In this document: positions 50,169-64,000 of the stretch, in pieces
Numbering within the stretch: the stretch's first letter is position 1
How the letters are laid out: every line of letters starts with the position of its first letter
From: Eledone cirrhosa
Lineage: Eukaryota
Direction: 5' to 3'
NCBI GenBank assembly: GCA_964016885.1
Contig: OZ024742.1
Coordinates: forward strand, 176,080,001 to 176,144,000
Length of the DNA: 64,000 bases
Translations under genes and position numbers: made by a program
Notes under the pieces: generated by a model
What the model was told of the DNA's origin: nothing
Seen by the model: only the letters and a program-made list of their open reading frames with translations
The model's database searches: none

Positions 50169-52170
50169 TTTTCAGCTGAGCCAATATTACCTACGGCCTA
50201 GGCCTCAAATGAGCCTAAAGCTAAGTGAGACTGCCCCTGATCCTAATATACACACTTGTTTTTTTTTGTTTTTTAAGTGTTAACCTTCCAATACAATTTT
50301 TATGTATGAATCTTTAAGTTACATTTCTATCACCAGATTAATAATGAGCAAGTTATATTACTAAATCCCTCCATATACTTGATTGTTTCAAAATCATAGG
50401 CAAAAACCTTTTTTAGAAATATGGCAATAAAAAGTTTAAACATTGGTCAGACACTTAGGCCTGCAGGTATTTTTGGCTCCTTAACCATTTGAGCCCTAGG
50501 GCATAGGTAATATTGGCTCAGCTGAAAAATATTGGTGGGTTCCAAGTCTCTCTGGGACTTTGAGGCTACAACCTTGTTAGCCTTATAATTGGCATGGCTC
50601 TGAACGCTAACCAAATTGATAAAACTATTAGTTCACTCTATATATGTGGTGGCATTGTGTTTTTTTGTTGAACACTTTGTTGCTAGGATTATAAAAGGTA
50701 ATATTGTGGATATTTCTGACTGACTTGATCTTTTTCTGTGAATATTAAGATGGGAATTTTAGACAAACAATTTTAAGATTTTTAACTAGATGCCATTGAA
50801 TTAAAAATATTTTTATTGTTATATTTATTAATATTTTTAGAGTCTGCATGAGTAATGGATCACTCAATTTGTTGTGGGTGAATTTTCTTTATTAGAAATG
50901 TTTGTGGTCCATCAAGACAGAAGCTTTTAATAATAAATTCATGGCAGGTATTAAAAGGTGAGCACTAATTCCAATTTTTTTCTTTTGCATTTAATTTGTC
51001 ACAGCCATCATCTATGTCTGGATATTTAAAAACTATTTTTCATATAGATGACAGATATTTGCTGAAAGAAATGTCAAAAGGTATCCAGTAAGATTTTGTA
51101 ATGCAATTGATTACATCCATTTGGTAATCTGTGTTGACATCATAAGCAATTATTTAACCCTTTCATTACCATATTTCTAATAAAAGATAATACCTATGAT
51201 TTTCAACTAGTTTTGAAAATAATTTGGAATTTATAATAATTTAGCTATATCATTTTCTCAATATTAATTTGGTGTTTGGAGCATTATTTAACAAAGGTTC
51301 CTACATAAAATTAGGATGGCAGGTTTTTAGATAAATATACATACTTAAAGAATGGTTTGTTATCATTGAGCCCAGAGTGATTTCAGACATTTTGATATCA
51401 AAATAATTAATATCTATTTTTCCATAATGGTATGGAATGTTTAACTCTACTATAAAACTTTTAACTATTTTTACTGCTCCTACTTTGTCTTGCACAAGCA
51501 GGACAATCATCCTGAGATCTGACCATACAACTTTATTCTATATTTTCATTGGGTATCCTCTGCAATAATCAACCTCTGTCATTACAAACACCTCTCCAGC
51601 AGATATTCACTCTTCATTTAAAGCACATGTCGCTACGAGTGCAGTCATCTCTTCTGTACTCACCAGCTGATGCAATGATGTACAATCACTATGTCAGATC
51701 AATTGTGCATGCACTTGTTTTCGATCTAAGTTCTGTAGGATATTTCGGAAAAAACTAATGTGTCTCTGCAATATAATATTGTCTCTTATTGAATTTCATA
51801 TCTGAAATAATCCATCCAAAAAAGCTGAAGGGAAAGCCATTTCCACAGACATTCATAAATGATACAGTATTGCGTAGACTTCTTATTTCACTTGAATTAT
51901 TTAATTATATTGGAATCAAAGAAATGTAAAAAACTATATATATATATATATATATGCACACACACACACAAATGCATATATAAATATATATGTATGTATT
52001 TATATATATGTATATACACACATATGTATATATATGAATGTATATAAATATGCACACACACATATATACATTTACACACACATATGTATATATGTTTATA
52101 TATAAATATATATATATATATGCACACACACACAAATATATATATGCACACACACACGTATATACATATG

Positions 52171-52201
<31 letters not shown>

Positions 52202-53108
52202 TGAGTAATTCTTACAAAGAAGTAAGAATTTCAGTAATAATATAAAAATTATAAATAATTCCAATTCACAATGAAATCAATCATTTAAAGAAATCCCCAA
52301 TAGGATTAATTTATCAATGCTGTCATATGCAGCTTCGTTTGGACAGAGAAGGAAAGAACAAATAAAATAGATTTCAAATTTACTTGGACAGCTTTTATAG
52401 AATATGGTCAGCTTTCTCTTGCAATGAAAATAACTCCTTCCATTTTGTTTTTCCATCAGAGTTGGTAATTACAGTATTAGCTAAACTGTTCAGCTTTAAC
52501 CCTGGCCTTACACACAAATGAGAATAAAATCTCTTCGAGTAGATTAAATATGTAGACAGTGAATTGGCAGAGTTGTTAAAGCATCAGATAAAATTTCTCA
52601 GTATGTGTTCTGGCTCTCTGCTCTCTCTGCTAAAATTCACCCCAGGTTAACTTCGCCTTTCATACTTTTGAGGTAAATAAATAAATTACCAATTCAGTAC
52701 TGTAGTGAGGAGGAGCTATGCCAGATTTTAAAGGTCTAAAGCATGTCATATGTCAGAACAATACACCTATAATTCCATGAAAACTTAAGAGTTGTTTACA
52801 TTTTTTTAATCTTAGATAAAATACCTAAATGTGATGTTTGAAAAATTAAGATAGGGAGGAAACTAATCAAATTGTCAACAAGAAGGCAATATAATGGCTG
52901 CTGGAATTAGAATTGCCAGTTACAATCATGTTTTTTAATAGTTTCTTAATCATTTCTTTTTCCATTAGACTACGAGCATTTTATGGCAGCACCTTGAAGG
53001 GATTTATCAAACTTTGTATTTGTCTTTTCCATGTCTGGTACTTAATTTATCAATCTCTGTTTGATGAACCACTTATTTTGGGACATAAATGAACACATAT
53101 ATGCATAT

Positions 53109-53196
<88 letters not shown>

Positions 53197-53202
<6 letters not shown>

Positions 53203-54210
53203 ATACTTGGGGAGGGTCATATGTGTGTAATATTGCCAGAATTAATAACAGAACACACTCACTGTTTGGTTGGTTTTCGATTCTCGCTTCTGTGTCTTTT
53301 ATATCGGTAATCTAACTTACTCGGTCCTCAATGTTGCCATTGACTGACCGACGGTCAAAAATAATACAGATACAATATAGACACAAACACATATATATAG
53401 TTTATCATAAATCTTTCGTTGCACATCTGCAACATCGTCAGTGTTGCTATATTTTCCTCCTGTTGTATTGTATGTCTACGCCATTTTTATTCAGTCTGTC
53501 TATATATTTATTTATTTATTTGCTTGTTTGTTTATTTTATTTTGTCTTCTTTGCGCATCCGTTTGCGTGTGTGTATAGTGTTTTGTTTGCTGTATGATGT
53601 GTGACTAGTGTGTGTTTATGTGCTTGTTGTTATTGTGCTTGTGTATGTATTTATTTATTTATTTATTTAATTTTATTTACTTATTTATACTTCTCTTAGG
53701 TCAGTGTTGTTTGGTTGGGTGTTGTTGTTATTCCATTCATTCTTTCTGTTTAGTCTTGGTCTTCTAATTTCTATTTCACTGGCCTCTCTGATTTGCCTAT
53801 CTGCTGGGTAATTTCTATGTTTAGATATTATTTTAATTTCTATGTTGTCTATGTTACCGTCATGTTGTTGTCTAACATGTTCGTATAGTACTGACCCGTT
53901 TTTTTCGTCCTTTTAGTTCCCCCCAGTGTTGGTCTATCCTTTCACCTATGCTACGAGTTGTCTCACCTATGTATGTTGTTGTCATGTTTCTGCAAGTACC
54001 CTCTGTACATCTTATGCTATAGACTACGTTTCTAGTTTTACAGTTTATCCGGGGGTTCAATTTACATATGATACATTTCCAACCAAACAGTGAGTGTGTT
54101 CTGTTATTAATTCTGGCAATATTACACAAATATGACCCTCCCCAAGTATAACAATATTTGTTTCGACACACGATTTCATATAATAAACCTCGCAAAACCA
54201 ATTCATCGCC
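53197..54210 (-). mobile_element. Penelope-like fragment (GIY-YIG) with ~75-bp inverted termini
   Basis: CIIC..CKTRNVVYSIRC..C..YIGETTRSIGERIDQH, then shifted LYEH..RQIREASEI..PRLNRKNEW; 53197-53273 inverted vs 54079-54154. Confidence 0.85.
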
Positions 54211-54229
54211 GTTATATATATATATATAT

Positions 54230-54433
54230 AACGAAGGAAATGTGGTAAGGAACCAGGTGGCCCATAACGCACCAAAGTACTCAATACTTAGGGTAGTAGA
54301 GTGGGTAATAGGAACGAGTAGGACCCCGACGGCTTAGCTCAAGCCGTTTCGACGGCTAATTCTGGACTGAATTAGTCCAGAATTAGCCGTCGAAACGGCT
54401 TGAGCTCAACCGTCGGAATCCTACTCGTACCTA
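54230..54433. mobile_element. Family B copy ending in ~125-bp fold-back
   Basis: Palindrome 54308-54433 centred near 54370. Confidence 0.75.
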
Positions 54434-54545
54434 TATATATATATATATTTTAAAATACCAGCTTAAAGATTAAGCAAAGAATCGTTGTTTTCACCCATAA
54501 CGCGATTTTCTGCTCTAGGGATCATTACTATATATCATATCATTA

Positions 54546-55709
54546 TCTATAAAAGGCAGATTGTTGTTGCTGTTGTTGTGTGTGTGGGTGTGTGTGTGTG
54601 CATGTTCCATGATTATACATTTGAAAAATTTCAAACCGATTCAACTCAATGTCTGTAAGAATGTTGTAACTGCTTTAACTTAGGTTAATGATTTTTATTT
54701 CATTCAAACTCGCCCAAAATTACGGAAATAATCGATAAAACTAAATATATGACGCTTTACCCCTCTAATACAATCTGAAATCCTCTCTCTACTCCCCTTA
54801 AAATTCGATAAAACTACATACATGCTGCAACGTTGTCTTATATTGCTTAAACTTACAAACTTCCTTTAGGAACGCCGAAGAAAGAAGAGAGAGAGAAGAG
54901 AGTGAGGGGGGAGAGATGAGAACATTTGTTTTTGAGTGTGGAACGTTTTTTTTTTAGTGTGGAACGGTCAAACATTTATTTACTTCAATGACAAAGAGAA
55001 CTTATTACATTTCATACGAAACAACAATTATTCAAAAGCAACAGATACATTTATTCAACAACAACAAAAATAGCGATAAATCTGTTTTAAAACATCTCTC
55101 AACGAACGTAGGAGAAAGAAGTATCAGTTCATTTACTATACACAATAATATGACGTCACTAAACCTGCTAGAAACAGCAGCTAACTCTCCCCCATATCAC
55201 ACCCGTCCCTACTGTCTTAAATTTAGAAAACATATCCTCTATGAGGTCACTAAACCTGCTAGCAACAGCAGCTAACTCTCCCCCATATCCCACCACTCCC
55301 TACTGTCTTAAATTTAGAAAACATATCCTCTATGAGGTCACTAAACCTGCTAGAAACAGCAGCTAACTCTCCCCTATATCACACCCCTCCCCACTGTCTT
55401 AAATTTAGAAAACACACATTAGACAACAATGCAGAACAACTCCATCGCAGCTCTGTTGTTCGGCTGGCATCGTCTATGCGCGTGTTGCGCAAGTACTGTG
55501 AAACAATAAATTTCCTCACTTCTTTGCACAGAGATAATATCCATAGGCAAAACTATTGTCACTGCTGGCGGAGCTGCTGCTTCGGCAGTCCAGGTCTGCA
55601 ATTCATTCACCCAGTGCCTGGCAGACAAAAAAGTGCTGCCATAAAATGGGTGGTGCAACCTAACTTTGGTAACTTACTGATCCCGAGCAACGCCAGACTT
55701 TAATGCTAA
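54546..55709 (+). mobile_element. Non-autonomous Helitron-like element with 91-bp internal minisatellite
   Basis: A|TCTATAAAA start; end cccgagcaacgccag..gCTAA|T resembles the 48314 terminus; repeats start at 55150, 55241, 55332. Confidence 0.65.
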
Positions 55710-56204
55710 TATATTTATAAAGTTGTATTCCTGTCCATTTGTTTGTTCACGAAATCCTCCTACGGTTTTGGAGATAGACCCCCATAACCATATACATACT
55801 GAAACTACATTGCCCAGGGCACTTGGATAAGTATATTTCATTTTAATCAAAGGGTTCCCCAGGGGGCACAAAAGCCCCGCTGAAACCTTTTCCCTTCGAT
55901 TTATTTGACATTTAAACCATAGGTAAATGACAAGATATGATGTCTATTCACAAAAGTTTTGAAATGATATTTTGAAAAAAATTATTTACAAGAAACAAAA
56001 TAAGAATAAGATTTAATAATATAATTTTGATTTGATATATTACAAAAAATAATGTTTTCCAATGTTTCATTCATTACATTTTACATTGAGTAATATTGAA
56101 ATGCAGAGTTTTTCTCCATAAATTAATCACTGATTTAAAATCAATCATCATTTTTTTACCAAAATAATGTGTTAAACTCAGCAAGGCGCGGGTAATTCGG
56201 CTAG
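55710..56204 (+). mobile_element. Non-autonomous Helitron-like element (40071 family), directly after the previous one
   Basis: Homologous to 40430-40988; ends GGCGCGGGTAATTCGGCTAG|T. Confidence 0.7.
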
Positions 56205-56220
56205 TATAAATATATATATT

Positions 56221-56802
56221 AATGCGATGTAATACCAATGATGGTTGGAAAATCACTGACGAAGGACTATTTTTATCATATGCAACCCATGTGCAAACCA
56301 CGCAGTATTCTTCTTTCTTCTCATGTTTTTTATATATATTTACCTCGGCTGCGTTTGTCTGTTTCTCGCTTACTGCTTCCCCGCTCTCTCTGTTTCTCTC
56401 ACCTTCTTTCGACCCCTCTGTCAGTTACACTTTCTCTCAACTGTCCTCTTCCTCACATTTCCACTCACTCACTCTCTGTTTCTCCCTTCTCACTTCCTCC
56501 CGTTTGGCTTGTGTGGGTCTCTTCTTGCTCACATCTCACACACATCAACACGGTCTGTACCTCTCTCGCTCATGAAATCCACCCAGCTTATGCAGACCGG
56601 ACAACCATGTTGCTTGTTTATTTTCCTATCTTCGGTTTGCTTTTATCCTTCTATGTTGTTTACTTGTCCCCCTCGCCTTACGCGAATTCTGGTCCCAATA
56701 CCCTTTTTTAGTTATTGCTCGCATCAACCTGAGGTATCTGATTTTTAATGCGATGAAATACCAATGATGGTTGGAAAATCACTGACGAAGGACTATTTTT
56801 AT
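56221..56802 (+). mobile_element. 526-bp unit with 56-bp terminal direct repeat containing a CTGACGA core
   Basis: 56221-56276 is nearly identical to 56747-56802; TA flanks; pyrimidine-rich non-coding interior. Confidence 0.65.
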
Positions 56803-56816
56803 TATATATATATATA

Positions 56817-57413
56817 TGGTGGCTGCCAACTCGTTTTAGAGTACGGTCACTACTTTATATCCATGTAGGAGAACCCTTACCGATGCACTGAACGAGTGTG
56901 ACTTTTTAGTCCAGCCAGCGACTTGAAAACTCTGGTACAAACACTACACTTGTGACAATTATTGACACATAGTGCTGGGCCCATGGTACCATGTGACGAC
57001 AAGCGCAGAGAGATATCCAGATATAAAGCAATGCCTGTGCCGTGAAGCTTTTATAGTGAGCAGAGGCACTGCACAAAGCCAGTCCCACTCTCTTAACCAA
57101 GATGATATTTACCAAAAAGAAGAACAAGACAACATCATTGGATACCATCAGAGTTGCAGGTGTTATATCAGAGCTTTCCTTCTCCTAGAATTCTGCCTGG
57201 ACAAAGGCTAAGGGGTCATCTCTCCCGGTGATTTTGGATGGCCATTGACTCTTAAGAGCTCCTTTGCCCTTTGAAAGGTTTTGTTTTTAGTCCTGCAGGA
57301 TTACCAAAGCCACCCTCCTCACCAAGAAACCTTGGTGGGGTTGCCAGTTTAGTCGCCAACGACCCGACCATGAGACAGATTGTACTGGGATACATGTTAC
57401 CAGTAGCACCAAC
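56817..57413 (-). mobile_element. Full copy of family A repeat
   Basis: Reverse complement of 8803-9398. Confidence 0.85.
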
Positions 57414-58271
57414 TGATGACCTGACATATGTGTGTATATATATATATACACACACACACACACAGGGTGCCCCCCCCAAAAAAAAGTAAAAATGCATACA
57501 CATTTGAGTTATTTGCTGTTGAAATATGTATACATTTTTGCTAGACATTATATATATATATATATTAATATAACAGATTAAAGTTTAAGCAACGAATCGC
57601 TGCTTTCACCCTTAATGGGATTCCGATTTTTTGCTTAAACTTTAAACTGTTATTTTAATAAATATTTGTTTTACGGTTTATATATATATCTATATATATA
57701 TAATCCTTATTGAGCCCTCTTCGGATTTTAGCCTTCACATTTATTATTATTATTATTATCATTACTATATATATATATATATATTGAACTCACAAGGCAT
57801 TGGTCAACCCAAGGCTATTGTAGGAGACACTTCTCCAAGTTGCCATGCAGTCTGACTGAACTGTAAACCACATGGTTGCTAATTGTATACTTTAACCACG
57901 CAGCCATGCCAGCACCTATATAAGACTAGTTGAAATACAAACAATTACTGTGTTATCTATATTGTGAATCTTTAAGCATAGCTGAAAAGAATGTCTATTC
58001 TTTTCCAGTTTTAGCTAGCTTAAAGGTGAAACTTTTGGTCAGGTTCTCATTTGTGTCACTTTGGGAAAAATTGGAAAAAATATATGGTCAAAAATCTTTA
58101 CTACACTTCTTGATAATTCCTTTGACAGTTATGATATAAAAATTTCCAGCTGACTTATTACATCACATTATTTTATGTCACAGCAAAAATGTTGTCTTGC
58201 TAGAAATGGGCTATATTTATGTCACTTTTAGAGACAATTCTTGTCAATCAAATCAATACGAAAGGATTTCA

Positions 58272-58458
58272 TAGTGGATTGGCAGTATCGGTAGAGGGTC
58301 TGACGCCATGCATTACAGCAAAGAGTTACGGCCCTTTATGGTCTGAGTTCAAATCCCGCCGAGGTTAACTTTGCCTTTCATCCTTACAGGGTCGATAAAA
58401 TAAAGTACCAGTAATGCACTGTGAATTTTCTGGCCTTGTGTCAAAAGTAGAAACAATT
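58272..58458 (+). mobile_element. tRNA-derived SINE (19143 family)
   Basis: GAGTTCAAATCCCGCCGAGGTTAACTTTGCCTTTCATCC core. Confidence 0.8.
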
Positions 58459-58566
58459 AATATTGTATATAATATAAAATATGTATTACAGGGTGATCAC
58501 ACAACTTTTTATCTTTAGGGGATATTACTGGTTTCAAGCATTGAATACTCAACAATAATTACAAAG

Positions 58567-58595
<29 letters not shown>

Positions 58596-58597
<2 letters not shown>

Positions 58598-59219
58598 TTA
58601 GAAAATATATAGCTTTCACCGTATTTTTGACTAAAGGAATTTTAGCTTGATAACGGGGTTTAGAACCCCCAGATGAATGGAAAAAGATGAGTATTGACGT
58701 ACATGGGAGTCGAACCCACATCTGTGGTTATCGCGACCACTGTGCTACCATTACACCCATCACCCATCTCTTTCCATTCAAATTAGAAACTACATTCTTA
58801 GCGGGTTCGACTCCCATGTACGTCAATACTCATCTTTTTCCATTTATCTGAGGGTTCTAAACCCCGTTATCAAGCTAAAATTCCTTTAGTCAAAAATACG
58901 GTGAAAGCTATATATTTTCTAATTTCAAACTCGCTCACTGTTTCAAAACATACTTACTTGCCATTTAAACTCGCTAAGAATGTAGTTTCTAATTTGAATG
59001 GAAAGAGATGAGTGATGTGTTGGTGTAATGGTAGCACAGTGGTCGCGATAACCACAGATGTGGGTTCGACTCCCATGTACGTCAATACTCATCTTTTTCC
59101 ATTTATCTGAGGGTTCTAAACCCCGTTATCAAGCTAAAATTCCTTTAGTCAAAAATACGATGAAAGCTATATATTTTCTAATTTTAAACTCGCTCACTGT
59201 TTCAAAACATACTTACTTG
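58596..59219. repeat. 259-bp unit containing a tRNA-like gene: ~1.6 tandem copies plus an inverted copy, in (TA)n
   Basis: GGGTTCGACTCCC at 58803 and 59062; 58596-58803 is the reverse complement of about 58972-59182. Confidence 0.85.
59014..59084 (+). tRNA. tRNA-like cloverleaf with atypical anticodon loop (pseudo-tRNA)
   Basis: Acceptor gatgtgt/gtacgtc (G-U rich), D gtgt/gcac, anticodon stem gtggt/accac with loop cgcgata, T gtggg-TTCGACT-cccat; A and B boxes; TTTTT at 59094-59098. Confidence 0.55.
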
Positions 59220-60879
59220 ATATATATATATATATATATATATAGTAATAATAATAAATTAGAAGACTAAAATCCAAAGCGGGCTCGATAAGGATTCTTT
59301 GCTTAAACTTTAATCTGTTATTTTAATAAATATATATATAATGAACCACACTATGATAGAGTTATTGATACTTTATCCTAGCCAGTCAATATGACACAAT
59401 ATGTTGATGAGCATCAGCAGCTGATGATTAATGCACAAGAAGCATATAGGCATTAGCTTATTCTTGTCTCAGTACCAAGCGAATAAATGTCACTGATGAT
59501 GGATACCAAATCAAGAAACGGCTCTCTTGTATCCCCACAAACTACTGAGATAGTTGCATTATTATCACAGCCTAAAACATTCATAGCATGACTCTCATGT
59601 GTTTATTATACATTAATATATCGTATATGCTTTCTTATACACCTCTATTATGAACCATGGTATGTTAGTTCTACTAACCACCTCTCCTTACAGAGGCCCG
59701 TGAAGCTTTCTGAATGGCTCACTCAAGTAACCTAAGTGAAATATTTCTGAGTTTTTTACCCCAACTTTTCAGTCATAATTTATCTTTCTATTATGTTTAC
59801 GATTGAGGAAAACAACGTGTACGAATTCTGAAGAAACAAATCAAAACAACCTGAGTTACTGCCTGATGATGAGCCATATCTCATGCGGCCTGCTTCTCAA
59901 AGAAGGTTGCCCATGCCTGGTATATATGGTATGAAATAACAACAATATTTTTCATTGTTTGTAAATATGGTATATTTGTTAACAAGTCATGTTGTATTTT
60001 ATATATTACATGAATCATAATTTTCATTTTTATATCCATGATTGTCACTTGCCAGTCAAGTACAACTCTGAAAACAAATGTTGTTTGAGAAATAAGAAAG
60101 AATACCCTCAGTATATAAAAGTGACCATAAAACTAGTGGAAAGTTTTATTGACAACAGTCTTTAGAATGGTTACAACAGTTCAGACAGCAATCTAGTAGA
60201 TATTTAAGAAGATTAAAGCAACTGTTAGAAAACTGCAAAGATGATAGCATAACTCATATTCCAAATAGTCTATAATGTTGGTATGTGCTCAAGAAGAAGG
60301 TTAGAGATCAGAAAACGACATCCTCTAGAGATAAAACAATACTCACATATTTGATAGACCCAACTTAAATGAATTGAATATAATATTAAACAAAGAAAGC
60401 TTACTCTTGGTTCTTTAAGATATAAAAGTTAATATAAAATTCCAAAATAAAAAATTTCAATTAAAAAAAAACAGCAAAAACATAAATAAATGCAATGTTT
60501 TTGTATTGCCTGCTTCAGTCAATTGCCAAAATAGATTGACTACTTAAAAGAAATGGCTCATATTCTACAGACAGAAGTCATTTGAGACTATGAAGATGCA
60601 TTAACACAACAGTGTTTTCATGATGCTATTAATTTTCAAACAATTTTATGAATTCATTGACTTTTATGACATTGGTTTATAATTAAGAATGAAAATTATT
60701 GAGATTAAAGAATTCTGTGTAATATCTATTGTCATCATTTCCTGTCTATGTTCCATGCAAGCATGAGTTGGAATGGTAGTCATCTTACATCAGTTGATGG
60801 GTTAGAAATCTACATCTTGCTCATATTTCCCATATTGTGGGATGCTTTCTATGGCTCAATGTCCCTCTTGATGCCAAAA

Positions 60880-61240
60880 TCATTGCAATGTATATGGGGC
60901 ACATTTTATCATGGCACCAGCAATATTGCTTTACTGAGTGTACTGGGTGTATTTTATCATAGAACCAGCACTATTACATTAGAGTGTATATTGGGTGCAT
61001 TTTATCCATGGTATTAGTACTATTACTTTACAGAGTATACTGGGTGTATTTTAACATGCCACTAGCATTATCACTTTACAGAAAACATCGGGTGCATGGT
61101 ACTAGTAGTATCGTTTTACAGGGTGTATTGGATGTATTTTATCATGGTACCAGCACTCTCATTTTACAGAGCATACTGCATGTATTTTGATATGGCTCCA
61201 GCACTATCACTTTATAGAATATAATGGTTGTATTTTATTA
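60880..61240. repeat. Degenerate ~48-bp minisatellite derived from a SINE/RTE tail
   Basis: About 7 diverged copies of actttacagagtgtactgggtgtattttatcatggcaccagcactat; related to 20680-20820. Confidence 0.65.
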
Positions 61241-61242
61241 TT

Positions 61243-62854
61243 ACTAGCTGAGGTACCCAGCTTCGCCAAGGTTAACAAATGATAATAGAAGACTGGCAGA
61301 AGAGAAAACGTCTGTATTGAATGCATTGTCTTGTTTACAGGGTGTGTTTATTGTGTGTGTGTGTATGTTTGTGTGTGTTTGTGTATATATATGTGTGTGC
61401 GTGTGTGAGTGTTCGTGCGTGTGTGTGTGTGTGTGTGTAAACCACTGTTGGAATCGGAGACATAGGCCGTGAAACACGATCATCACTGACAACGAACTCG
61501 CAGAGAGAATGCCTTATGGTTGATTCCCAATCTGCTAGAAATAGCAGTCAGGTTGGTTAGCATACGTGGTATGTCTTTCTTCTTCTTTGGTGTTATAAAA
61601 TTAGTATCAATAAACTTTCCTGGATATACTATTATCCCAATCATGTACATACTTTCCGATTGTCACGTTAGTTTTTTTTCGTGTGACACGCTAAGGAACC
61701 AACCAACAAACATCTCTCTTTTATATCTCTTTTATTTGTTCATTCAAAATATTTTTCAGCTAATTCTGTCGTACAATGTACATCAGCAATCGTTATCTAA
61801 TGTTTAAAACATATGAATAGCTGCGATATATGCACCATATATATCAAAAACGATATGAGAATTGAATACCATACTAAAGCGCCAGTAAGCTTGCTAAGAA
61901 CCTGCAGATAGAAATGTTAATAAATACAACATTTGGCTTGGGTAAACTTTAAGATGTTCTTTCATTGTAGGTTTCTTTTCTCAGCTAGTACGTTAAAGAA
62001 AATTGATAGTTACAACAATAAAGGTTGAACAGAGAACACATTTTTTAACAAACTTTACAATAATTTGTACAACCATAATGGAAATTCCAAGTAACAGAAA
62101 ATACATAAATTACATTGTTAGAGCCTCAGCGTATACAATATTTTTTGTTTGGCTCTCGGGAGCAAAGATGAAGAGATTGTTTGGCGAGCTCAACCTTAGC
62201 ATCCAACATACACCTGACTATGGTTTTCCCAGATGAAAACCAGCCACTTTTAGGGTTTGACCCTGCGCCTTCTTGATGGTAATCGCGAAGCTAATCTCTC
62301 TGTTTCTCTAGTAATATTTTTTTCTTCTTGAAAATCTGATCTTGCGGCCAAGCTAAGACCTTTTGGGTGGCATCTCGGCAGTAACAATGACGATAAGCCG
62401 TCTGTGCTTTCGTGAAATAAATACGTTTGTTTATATTGTGTTTTTGTGTATGCAAAAATATCTGTACACGAATATATAATTATATATATATTAAAATAAC
62501 AGATTAAAGTTTAAGCAACGAATCCCTACTTTCACCCTTAACGGGATCTCTAAAACTAAAAAAAATCAATCTCTAAACGCAGAAGTAAATATTTTGAAAA
62601 AAATTGCAAATGAAAGAAAACAGGAAGATGATACTTTGGTTCGTGAAGACGTTAGGAATTGACATTTGAACATTTTAAAGAAGTGAATATTTAAATAATG
62701 TCTTTAATCTTTTAACAAAATTCAGTAGACATAAATACCCTCAGTTTCTTACTTCGGAAAAGTTACATCTATGGGGCAAATTTGGTGGTGTTTCGTCCAA
62801 CCGCTTGGCGGAAGGTTTGTTACTTACATACGATCATCAGCTTTATAGTATAGA
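61243..62854 (-). mobile_element. Non-autonomous Helitron-like element containing a nested family D fragment
   Basis: Minus strand A|TCTATACTATAAAG start near 62854 and ..gcgaagctgggtacctcagCTAG|T end at 61243; pairing of these two ends is inferred. Confidence 0.55.
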
Positions 62855-62959
62855 TGGTCAATATAATCTATATGTATATATGTGTGTGTGTGTATATGTG
62901 TAGGTGTGCATATTTATATTTATGAATCAGCTCGGCTAGGGTGAGAAATAAAATTCTAA

Positions 62960-63028
<69 letters not shown>

Positions 63029-63768
63029 TATATATATACTCACATATATACTTACTGACATTTAATTGGTTCATTCATGTGATAAGAAATTAAATCAGTA
63101 AGAGTAAATGTTGACACACTTAACTTATGTTCACTCAATTTAATTATATATTAATTAATTCTATATATATCGGTATGTCTACATTTTCTTTTTATATTTT
63201 TTTCTCTTTTTTAAACTATTTATCTTGTGATGAGCATTCATCAGTAGATAGAACCAAATTTGTAACAGATTATCTGTGAGATATATTTAGAGTTCCGGAG
63301 AAGATTTAAAAAATCAAAATTAATAGTAGTGAATGTATCTGTACACAGATTTTGTTTCTATTTTAATATATTGTATTATATGTTTCAATCTATGTCCATT
63401 ACACATGATACAGCATCACTTTAAAAATTATTACTATTAGTTTAGTGAAAATTTTCAGAACACTTTGTCCACAAGCACAATACTATAAACATTTCAATTA
63501 ACAAACCCATGAAATCATAGGAGCAAGTTATTCTTCAAACGTTTTAAACAGCACTATGACTGTATTACAAAAAAATGCCACTACTTTAGTTTACTCCAAT
63601 TTTTTACATCAATCTACTAGTAAAAATACTATAAACATTTGGCATAACAACCCCGTTTTAGATATACTCTGCTAAATGATTACAAGAAATTAAGGAGAAG
63701 AAAGACTGCAGCAATCTTCATTGTGTTGAAGAATACTTCAGTACTGATTTCTGAAAATAGTTTGTAAA

Positions 63769-63889
<121 letters not shown>

Positions 63890-64000
63890 AGAGTATTGAA
63901 GTTTGCTTGAAGCATTGTGGAATAATAAGTAAATATCTTTATGTCGTTTGGAAGCCTCGACAATGCAAATGGGTAAATCTCCGGGTAACAAGATCCGGTG

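Noticed and set aside
58845-58915. CTGAGGG...GAAAGCTA as a hammerhead in the tRNA-like unit
   Set aside because: Core is non-canonical, not conserved in the inverted copy, and stems I and II do not form.
59800-59920. Possible plus-strand coding exon (..ELLPDDEPYLMRPASQRRLPMP)
   Set aside because: In-frame stop just upstream, no clear acceptor, weak donor, and no recognisable homology.

Overview
AT-rich, microsatellite-saturated animal DNA made almost entirely of transposable-element sequence. The SINE, RTE and microsatellite content resembles an octopod (coleoid cephalopod) genome; this is inferred from sequence style and was not searched. I can support no intact host protein-coding gene. 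Most long ORFs are (TA)n/(CA)n artefacts, and the real coding remnants are decayed retroelements (Tx1/L1, Dong/R4, RTE, CR1, two Penelope-like GIY-YIG fragments) and mariner transposase relics. Also present are tRNA-derived SINEs, non-autonomous Helitrons, and hAT- and piggyBac-like MITEs. The main unexplained signal is a set of small non-coding elements inserted in (TA)n tracts. They carry minimal type-I hammerhead ribozyme (HHR) motifs, including a U3-A8 core variant, and occur as tandem, circularly permuted or fold-back copies, like retrozymes or Penelope pseudo-LTRs (pLTRs). A near-perfect 7.2-copy array of a 615-bp unit and a tandem/inverted tRNA-like unit share this architecture. All folds and alignments were done by eye.
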